A stretch of 64,000 nt of DNA, taken from contig JAXGPE010000005.1 of the NCBI GenBank assembly GCA_040767105.1, positions 3,855-67,854 on the forward strand. The letters are read 5' to 3'. A program made the position numbers and the translations under genes. Shown piece after piece: positions 57,197-64,000 of this stretch (position 1 is its first letter; every line of letters begins with the position of its first letter). This DNA comes from Peptococcaceae bacterium. GTDB taxonomy: Bacteria > Bacillota > Peptococcia > DRI-13 > PHAD01. The notes under the pieces are model-generated. The model ran no database searches. It saw only the letters and a list, made by a program, of their open reading frames with translations, and was not told where the DNA came from.

Positions 57197-59317
57197 ATGG
57201 AATATCCATATCCAATATTAAAAAAAGAAATTGAAATCGCAGGCCGCAAACTTATTTTTGAAACAGGCCGCATGGCTAAACAAGCCGGTGGAGCAATTCT
57301 GATAAGCTATGGGGATACAAGTGTCCTTGCAACTGCAACAGCATCTTCCGAACCAAGGGAAGGAATAGATTTTTTCCCATTAACAGTCGACTATGAAGAG
57401 CGTCTTTATGCTGTTGGTAAAATACCGGGTGGATTTATAAAACGCGAAGGAAGACCAAGCGAAAAGGCTACTTTGTCGAGTCGTTTGATTGACAGACCAA
57501 TAAGACCATTATTCCCAAAAGGATTTAAAAATGATGTTCATTTGGTTGCGACTGTTCTTTCGGTTGACAAAAACAATATGCCTGACATTACGGCGATCAA
57601 TGGCATCTCGGCGGCATTGCATATTTCGGGCATACCTTTTATGGGTCCTATTGCTGCAGTGTCTGTAGGTTATGTCGATGGAAACTATATTATTAATCCG
57701 GATATCCAACAAGCTGAAAAATCAAAATTGAATCTGGTAGTCGCCGGGACGATGGATGCAGTTATGATGGTCGAAGCAGGCGCTCAAGAAATCTCTGAAG
57801 AGGAATGTTTAGAAGCGATAATGCTTGGTCATGAAAAGATCAGGGAAATCGTTGCTTTCATAGAGGAGTTTCGAACAGAAGCTATAAAAATCGGACTTGC
57901 AAAGGACAAAGAAACCCCCTTGATCTACACTATTCCAGCGGATCTAGAAAATGATGTCAGAGCTCATGCTACCGAACAGCTGCAAAATGCGGTCAAGAAC
58001 AAAGACAAGAAGCAGCGCGAGGAAAACATATCCTTGATCAAAAAAAGTACTTTTGAAGAATTGATCGTTAAATATCCTGATAATCCCAAGGATATACAAA
58101 CTCTTCTTGATACAATAGTAAAAGAAATAGTCCGTAAACTGATCACCGTTGAAAAAATTCGCCCGGATGGACGAGCATTAGATGAAGTTCGAAATATAAC
58201 TTGTGAGGTAGGAATCCTTCCAAGGACCCACGGTTCCGGACTCTTCACTCGCGGACAAACACAGATATTAAGTGTAGTGACACTTGGCGCTGTTGGTGAA
58301 GAACAAATACTTGATGGACTTGGAGTTGAGGAAAGTAAACGTTATATGCACCACTATAATTTCCCTCCTTTCAGTGTGGGTGAAACACGCCCGATGCGCG
58401 GGCCAGGAAGACGAGAAATAGGCCATGGTGCTCTCGCTGAAAGAGCTTTGCTTCCAATGATCCCATCAGAAGAAGAATTCCCTTACGCTTTTCGTCTTGT
58501 ATCTGAAGCTATAGAATCCAATGGTTCAACTTCGATGGGCAGTGTCTGCGGCAGCACACTGGCTCTTATGGATGCAGGAGTACCTATAAAAGAACCGGTT
58601 TCTGGCATAGCAATGGGATTAGTCAAGGATGACGATAACTACACTATATTAACAGATATTCAGGGTATGGAAGATGCACTTGGAGATATGGATTTCAAAG
58701 TTGCCGGCACTAAAAATGGTGTAACTGCGATCCAGATGGATATAAAAATATCAGGTATCAACCGTGCTATTATGAAAGATGCTTTGGAACAAGCAAGAAA
58801 AGGCCGCATGTTCATCATGGAAAAAATGCTCTCTGTTATCTCAGAACCTCGAAATGAATTATCACCTTATGCACCGAGGATCATTACCATGATGATCGAA
58901 ACGGATAAAATAAGAGAAGTGATTGGCCCAGGCGGAAAAATGATCAAAAAAATCATTGAAGAAACTGGTGTGAAGATCGATATAGAGGACGATGGAAGAG
59001 TTTTTATAGCTGCTATAGATCCTGAAGCAGGTAAAAAAGCAATGAAAATTATTGAGGATTTGACTAGAGATGTCGAAATAGGAAAGTTATACATGGGCAA
59101 AGTGACTAGAATAATGGCTTTTGGTGCTTTCGTTGAAATACTTCCAGGCAAAGAAGGTTTAGTACACATTTCTCATATGGCCGAAGAACGGATAGCCAAA
59201 GTTGAGGACGTTGTTTCGATGGGCGATGAAATCCTAGTTAAGGTCATTGAAATAGATAAACAGGGCAGAATTAACTTATCGCGAAAAGAAGCATTGCGAC
59301 AGCAAAAAAATCAATAA
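57197..59317 (+). CDS. pnp: Polyribonucleotide nucleotidyltransferase (PNPase)
   Basis: 706-aa ORF with two RNase PH domains, a KH domain ([10 protein letters not shown]) and an S1 domain ([15 protein letters not shown]). Confidence 0.96.
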   Translation: MEYPYPILKKEIEIAGRKLIFETGRMAKQAGGAILISYGDTSVLATATASSEPREGIDFFPLTVDYEERLYAVGKIPGGFIKREGRPSEKATLSSRLIDRPIRPLFPKGFKNDVHLVATVLSVDKNNMPDITAINGISAALHISGIPFMGPIAAVSVGYVDGNYIINPDIQQAEKSKLNLVVAGTMDAVMMVEAGAQEISEEECLEAIMLGHEKIREIVAFIEEFRTEAIKIGLAKDKETPLIYTIPADLENDVRAHATEQLQNAVKNKDKKQREENISLIKKSTFEELIVKYPDNPKDIQTLLDTIVKEIVRKLITVEKIRPDGRALDEVRNITCEVGILPRTHGSGLFTRGQTQILSVVTLGAVGEEQILDGLGVEESKRYMHHYNFPPFSVGETRPMRGPGRREIGHGALAERALLPMIPSEEEFPYAFRLVSEAIESNGSTSMGSVCGSTLALMDAGVPIKEPVSGIAMGLVKDDDNYTILTDIQGMEDALGDMDFKVAGTKNGVTAIQMDIKISGINRAIMKDALEQARKGRMFIMEKMLSVISEPRNELSPYAPRIITMMIETDKIREVIGPGGKMIKKIIEETGVKIDIEDDGRVFIAAIDPEAGKKAMKIIEDLTRDVEIGKLYMGKVTRIMAFGAFVEILPGKEGLVHISHMAEERIAKVEDVVSMGDEILVKVIEIDKQGRINLSRKEALRQQKNQ

Positions 59318-59323
59318 AAAACG

Positions 59324-59353
59324 GATAGAAGCGCTCAACGCTTCTATCTTTTT
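59324..59353 (+). terminator. Rho-independent terminator after pnp
   Basis: gatagaagcg-ctcaa-cgcttctatc followed by ttttt. Confidence 0.85.
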
Positions 59354-59388
59354 AGTACATATTAACCATTAAAGTTAAAGGAGCTTCA

Positions 59389-60660
59389 ATGCAGATAAAT
59401 AATTCTAATAAAACTATTCTAAATAATGGTGTTCGTATCGTTACTGAAAATATCCCCGGTGTTCGTTCTGTATCAATTGGTATTTGGGTAGGTGTTGGCT
59501 CGAGGAATGAAACTTCTTCCGAGTCAGGCATTTCGCATTTTATCGAACATATGCTGTTTAAAGGTACCCAAAAACGAAGCGCGGCACAAATTGCCGAATC
59601 CCTGGAAGCGGTCGGTGGTCAATTGAACGCATTTACAACCAGAGAGTATACTTGCTACTACGCAAGAGTACTCGATGATAATCTTGATCTTGCAATCGAT
59701 GTACTTACGGATATCTTTTTCAATTCTATATTTGCTGATGAAATGATCGAAAAGGAACGTGGAGTGGTCGAAGAAGAGATTCGTATGTATGACGACACCC
59801 CTGACGAACTCATTCATGATATCGCCATTCAGAATATATGGCCTGAAGATAGTCTTGGAAGGCCAATCCTGGGCAATTATAAGTCATTAAATGAAATCAA
59901 CACTCAAAAGATCATGAACTATATGAATGATAATTATTTGCCGTCAAACTGTGTTGTAGCAGTCGCAGGAAATGTAGATCACGAAAGTATCCTCAATAAA
60001 TTGGGCGGGATTTTTGAATGCTGGAATAATAAAGCAAACATGAAGGAATTTAATACACCTAAAAAAATATTTAATGTATCAAATTTATACAGAAAGACCG
60101 AACAAGTTCAGATTTGTTTATCTACCGATGGATTGAGTTATGATGATCCGCGGATATATTCGCTTATGATCCTCAACAATGTTTTAGGAGGAGGCTTATC
60201 CTCTCGATTGATGCAGTCAATAAGGGAAAACCATGGTCTTGCTTATTCTGTATACACATATCACTCTGCTTTTAGAGATACTGGATTGTTCACGATTTAT
60301 GTCGGTACAAGTCCGCAAAAGTACGAGGATGTTCTAAAACTGCTATTTGAAGAGCTTTTAGATGTCTATCTGAACGGAATAACACAAAAAGAACTCACTA
60401 ATACAAAAGAGCAGCTGAAAGGAAATCTCTATCTTGGTTTGGAAAGTGTTAACAGCAGAATGATTAGACTGGGACGATCAGAGTTGACCTTGAAAAGGAT
60501 CTTGACCCCGGAAGAAATCGTCGAGAAACTTTATGCTGTTAAGATGGAAGACATTTGCTCGTTATCTGAAGATCTTTTTGCGCAGAACAACTTTAGTCTT
60601 AGCACAATTGGACAACTGAGCAAAAATACTGATTTGAGTATTTATAAGTTGACAAAATAG
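59389..60660 (+). CDS. M16-family zinc peptidase (insulinase-like, MlpA/YmxG-type)
   Basis: 423-aa ORF with the inverted zinc motif HFIEHMLFKG (HxxEH) and a downstream E (EEEIRMY). Confidence 0.88.
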   Translation: MQINNSNKTILNNGVRIVTENIPGVRSVSIGIWVGVGSRNETSSESGISHFIEHMLFKGTQKRSAAQIAESLEAVGGQLNAFTTREYTCYYARVLDDNLDLAIDVLTDIFFNSIFADEMIEKERGVVEEEIRMYDDTPDELIHDIAIQNIWPEDSLGRPILGNYKSLNEINTQKIMNYMNDNYLPSNCVVAVAGNVDHESILNKLGGIFECWNNKANMKEFNTPKKIFNVSNLYRKTEQVQICLSTDGLSYDDPRIYSLMILNNVLGGGLSSRLMQSIRENHGLAYSVYTYHSAFRDTGLFTIYVGTSPQKYEDVLKLLFEELLDVYLNGITQKELTNTKEQLKGNLYLGLESVNSRMIRLGRSELTLKRILTPEEIVEKLYAVKMEDICSLSEDLFAQNNFSLSTIGQLSKNTDLSIYKLTK

Positions 60661-60714
60661 GAATATAAAATTAAAATATTATAAAATCATATAAATACCT
60701 CGCTCTTATAGAGT

Positions 60715-60855
60715 GGGGTAGGGGTCGCGAAAACCATAAGTAATTCAGGGAGCTTGGCAGCGAGGAACTGAAATGAAAGGGGGATTCGCCGAAGTTTGAT
60801 AAATGCCTGTTTATCAAGCTGGGACAGTGTTGAAAAAGCACTGGACTGTCATGTG
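60715..60855 (+). promoter_or_regulatory. Lysine riboswitch (L-box) aptamer upstream of dapB-dapA
   Basis: Conserved L-box cores appear in the order seen in the B. subtilis lysC leader: tAGGGGTCGCGAAAAC, AGTA, GGGAG, CTGAAAtGAAAGGGGgAttCGCCGAAG, GCTGG, GGaCTGTCA. Confidence 0.8.
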
Positions 60856-60926
60856 CCAGGAACCCGGCCTGTCACATGGAGCACTATCTCGCTGTTGGGT
60901 TATGGGGGTGAGCTGGAGTCTAAATG

Positions 60927-60957
60927 GCTTGAGGTTGCAACTCTTGCCTTTTTTGTT
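60927..60957 (+). terminator. Putative expression-platform terminator of the lysine riboswitch
   Basis: Imperfect hairpin ggcttgag-gttgcaa-ctcttgcc (two T-T mismatches) followed by tttttt. It lies 60 nt before the dapB start. Confidence 0.5.
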
Positions 60958-61017
60958 TATACAGGATCATTTTTGATATCATTGGCAAAACTTTTAACAC
61001 AGTATGGGGGGATCAAA

Positions 61018-61818
61018 ATGCAAAAATTTAATATCGTTGTTACAGGTGCTTGTGGCAAAGTGGGAAGAGAAATGGTCAAGGGTATCGTGGATACAAAGGA
61101 CATGAATATTGCCGGTGCTGTCGATGTTTCCAACATTGGTCTCGATATAGGAGAAATCGTAGGATGCAAATCCTTGGGTGTGACTATCACAAATGATCTT
61201 CCGGCACTGATCAAGGATTTGTCCGCAAAAGCTCAGACAATTGTAGTGGATTTTACTTTTAAAGATGCCGCGCGGATAAATGTGCCTTTAGCACTAAAAA
61301 ATGGTGCGCATGTCGTGATGGGCACAACTGGCTTGACTTCTGATGAATTAACGAGCTTCGCTGATCTTGCTGAAAAGAATAATTTAGGTATATTTGTTGC
61401 TCCAAATTTTTCCCTCGGCGCTGTACTGATGATGAAAGCTGCTCGCGATATATCACGTTATATGAAGCAAGCAGAAATAATTGAATATCATAATGATAAA
61501 AAGGTCGATAGCCCATCCGGCACTGCCATCGCCACAGCACATGGCATGAAGGAAAATGCCTCATCCTGTGGATGTATAGGCAATGAAAAGGAAAACAGTG
61601 CCCGCGGCGCCGAATATGATGGGATCAGGATACACAGCGTTAGATTAAAAAGCCTTGTTGCACACCAGGAGGTTTTATTTTCAGGCTGTGGAGAATTACT
61701 GACCATACGTCACGATTCATTTTCAAGAGAGTCTTTTGTTCCTGGTGTTCTGATGGCAATACGTAAAGTAACATCATGGAAAGGAATTAGAATCGGTCTT
61801 GAGACTATTATGGATTAA
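61018..61818 (+). CDS. dapB: 4-hydroxy-tetrahydrodipicolinate reductase
   Basis: ORF 60796..61818 runs through the riboswitch. The true start is ATG 61018 after GGGGGGA. MQKFNIVVTGACGKVGREM, EYHNDKKVDSPSGTA. Confidence 0.9.
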   Translation: MQKFNIVVTGACGKVGREMVKGIVDTKDMNIAGAVDVSNIGLDIGEIVGCKSLGVTITNDLPALIKDLSAKAQTIVVDFTFKDAARINVPLALKNGAHVVMGTTGLTSDELTSFADLAEKNNLGIFVAPNFSLGAVLMMKAARDISRYMKQAEIIEYHNDKKVDSPSGTAIATAHGMKENASSCGCIGNEKENSARGAEYDGIRIHSVRLKSLVAHQEVLFSGCGELLTIRHDSFSRESFVPGVLMAIRKVTSWKGIRIGLETIMD

Positions 61819-61837
61819 CGGCAAGGAGATGAATATA

Positions 61838-62719
61838 ATGAAAACTTTCCCAAGAATGATGACGGCAATGATAACTCCATTCAAGGAAAATGGTGAGGTT
61901 GACTATAATGGAGCTCAATACTTAGCAAAATATTTGCTGCAAAATGGCAGCAAAGGGATCGTCGTCAGCGGGACAACGGGTGAATCGCCCACAATAACGA
62001 TCCAAGAAAAACTGGATTTATTTAAGGCTGTTAAAGAGGCAGTAGGAAATGAAGGAACTGTTATAGCAGGTACAGGTTCATACTCGACTGCTGATAGCAT
62101 CAAACTGACCGAACAAGCCTCAAAGCTTTCCATAGAGGGGATATTATCTGTCACGCCATATTATAATAAACCAAACCAGGAAGGATTATACCAGCATTTT
62201 TCAGCAATTGCAGCCTCAACTGATTTGCCAATAATTCTATATAATGTTCCCGGTAGAACAGGAATCAACCTACTTCCCGATACTGTTGCCCGCTTAGCCA
62301 CCAAGAAGAATATAGTTGCTCTGAAGGAAGCTTGCGGTAATACAGATCAGGTTTCCGCTCTTAAAAATTTAGTTTCAGATGATTTTATTATTTACAGCGG
62401 AGACGACAGCATGACTTTGCCGATGCTTGCTGTAGGTGCTTATGGGGTTATAAGCGTTGCTAGTCATGTTGCTCCTAGAGCCATCAATGAGATGATAGAA
62501 TACTTTTTCTCCGGAAATACTTATGAATCAGCACGCATGCATAATAAGCTTTATCCTCTATTTAAGGCAATGTTTGTTACAACTAACCCAATACCAGTAA
62601 AAAAAGCTTTGGATTTACTCGGATTACCATCCGGAAAACCTCGGCTCCCTCTTGTTGAAGCATCTCCATCCGAAACAGAAACAATTAAGAAAGCACTAGC
62701 AGGATTTGGATTATTATAG
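61838..62719 (+). CDS. dapA: 4-hydroxy-tetrahydrodipicolinate synthase
   Basis: ORF 61799..62719. ATG 61838 follows AAGGAG. TAMITPF, GTTGESPT, YNKP, and the active-site Lys region IVALKEA. Confidence 0.93.
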   Translation: MKTFPRMMTAMITPFKENGEVDYNGAQYLAKYLLQNGSKGIVVSGTTGESPTITIQEKLDLFKAVKEAVGNEGTVIAGTGSYSTADSIKLTEQASKLSIEGILSVTPYYNKPNQEGLYQHFSAIAASTDLPIILYNVPGRTGINLLPDTVARLATKKNIVALKEACGNTDQVSALKNLVSDDFIIYSGDDSMTLPMLAVGAYGVISVASHVAPRAINEMIEYFFSGNTYESARMHNKLYPLFKAMFVTTNPIPVKKALDLLGLPSGKPRLPLVEASPSETETIKKALAGFGLL

Positions 62720-62764
62720 TCTAGAATATTTTATAATCTAATTTGTATAATACAATAGATATTT

Positions 62765-62793
62765 AAAAGGTGCTCTTTGAGGTGCACCTTTTT
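62765..62793 (+). terminator. Rho-independent terminator after dapA
   Basis: aaaaggtgc (62765-62773) pairs with gcacctttt (62784-62792) and runs into a T-run. Confidence 0.75.
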
Positions 62794-62798
62794 GTTTC

Positions 62799-62827
62799 TT
62801 GCGCACACTACGTTTATCGCTTATAAT
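62799..62827 (+). promoter_or_regulatory. Sigma-A-type promoter candidate for the rnj leader
   Basis: ttgcgc, 17-nt spacer, tataat. Confidence 0.5.
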
Positions 62828-62870
62828 AGTATCAACGACGATGTGCGGAACGGTTATCCAATTCAATGCA

Positions 62871-62908
62871 AACCTTCTGAACGGAACGAAAGAGAAGGTT
62901 TTTTTTGT
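62871..62908 (+). terminator. Intrinsic terminator inside the rnj 5' leader (attenuator candidate)
   Basis: aaccttct (62871-62878) pairs with agaaggtt (62893-62900) around a 14-nt loop, followed by a T8 run. It sits between the promoter candidate and the rnj RBS. Confidence 0.6.
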
Positions 62909-62931
62909 GTTAAGAACAAAAGGAGGTCATA

Positions 62932-64000
62932 ATGAGTAATACAGACAAAAAAATAATGCTTATACCACTGGGCGGTCTTGGTGAAATAGGCAAAAACATG
63001 ATGGCTTTGAGATATGGCGATGAAATCATGGTCATTGATGCTGGACTCATGTTTCCAGAAGATGAGATGCTTGGTATAGACATAGTTATACCTGATTTTA
63101 CTTATTTAGTAGAAAACAAAGATATGGTCAAGGGATTTGTTTTGACCCATGGTCATGAAGATCATATTGGAGCACTACCTTATGTATTAAAGGAGCTGGA
63201 TGTTCCTGTTTATGGAACGAAATTGACCTTGGCATTGTTGCAAGGGAAGCTAAAAGAACACGGCATATCAGCAAAAAACCTCATAACTATTCGTCCACGT
63301 GACACTATAAAGCTTGGAGAATCTTTCGTAATAAAAATCATCAAAGTAAGCCATAGTATACCTGATGCCATTGGAATGGCTGTTCATACACCTGTGGGCA
63401 TCGTGTTGCATACTGGAGATTTCAAGTTTGATCAGACACCCGTGGATAGTATGGTTACTGACTTTGCTCGTTTTGCAGAATATGGCCAAAAAGGTGTTTT
63501 AGTTATGCTTTCTGACAGTACAAATGTTGAAAGGCCTGGGTTTACTCCTTCAGAGAAGCTCGTTGGTCAAACATTTGAGGATATGTTTCGTCTGGCAAAA
63601 GAAAGAATAATAGTGGCGACCTTTGCTTCAAACGTCCATCGTGTTCAGCAAGTTATTAATGCGGCATATCGGTATAATCGCAAAGTTGCCGTATTGGGCA
63701 GGAGCATGGTCAACGTTGTATCAGTGGCTCAAGATGCAGGTTATCTTAGCGTTCCTGAGAATACACTTATAGAAATAGATGAAATCGTCAATTATCCCCG
63801 AAATAGAATTGCTATAATAACAACAGGCAGTCAGGGGGAACCTATGTCGGCGCTCACTAGAATGGCAATGTCTGATCACCGTCGTGTTGAAATAGTTCCT
63901 GGTGATACTGTTGTGATTTCAGCAACTCCAATTCCCGGAAACGAGAAAATGGTTGGCAGGATCATCAATCAGCTGTACCGCCAAGGAGCAGAAGTAATTT
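62932..64000 (+). CDS. rnj: Ribonuclease J (beta-CASP MBL RNase), 3' end outside window
   Basis: Absent from the ORF track because it runs off the window. ATG 62932 follows AAAGGAGG. MSNTDKKIMLIPLGGLGEIGKNMMALRYGDEIMVIDAG...LTHGHEDHIGALPY...HTGDFKFD... stays open to position 64000. Confidence 0.9.
   Translation, partial: MSNTDKKIMLIPLGGLGEIGKNMMALRYGDEIMVIDAGLMFPEDEMLGIDIVIPDFTYLVENKDMVKGFVLTHGHEDHIGALPYVLKELDVPVYGTKLTLALLQGKLKEHGISAKNLITIRPRDTIKLGESFVIKIIKVSHSIPDAIGMAVHTPVGIVLHTGDFKFDQTPVDSMVTDFARFAEYGQKGVLVMLSDSTNVERPGFTPSEKLVGQTFEDMFRLAKERIIVATFASNVHRVQQVINAAYRYNRKVAVLGRSMVNVVSVAQDAGYLSVPENTLIEIDEIVNYPRNRIAIITTGSQGEPMSALTRMAMSDHRRVEIVPGDTVVISATPIPGNEKMVGRIINQLYRQGAEVI

Overview
The window is a low-GC, Firmicutes/Clostridia-type core chromosome segment, almost entirely plus-strand. 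It carries the conserved block dprA-topA-trmFO-xerC-codY-rpsB-tsf-pyrH-frr-uppS-cdsA-(AI-2E permease)-dxr-rseP-ispG-proS-(GT2)-(mgtC)-polC-rimP-nusA-ylxR-ylxQ-infB-rbfA-nrnA-truB-ribF-rpsO-pnp-(M16 peptidase)-dapB-dapA-rnj. Upstream lie housekeeping and conserved-hypothetical genes: GGDEF fragment, citrate synthase, DUF4931, TrpB2, beta-CASP hydrolase, DUF4015, YloV, DegV, YkgJ, trmL, ahcY, dinG, psd, pssA, folE, surE and an EF-G paralog. RNA features are tRNA-Arg(CCG), two copies of tRNA-Trp(CCA), a lysine riboswitch before dapBA, and a long terminator-containing leader before trpB2. I found no CRISPR array, IS element, integrase, toxin-antitoxin pair or recognisable defence system. Four points merit a second look. 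(1) Two ~128-bp direct repeats, each a consensus promoter plus a whole tRNA-Trp gene, bracket a GC-richer, heavily frameshifted amino-acid ABC transporter cassette. (2) PolC lacks the entire 3'-5' exonuclease insertion but keeps a full set of PHP metal ligands. (3) Reading-frame lesions are clustered, almost all are repeat-length (mostly homopolymer) changes, and they hit essential genes (rpsB, tsf, pyrH, polC). That pattern argues for patches of consensus error rather than real gene decay. (4) Two unclassified attenuator-like leaders precede trpB2 and rnj. All calls come from reading the sequence and ORF translations; no searches were run.
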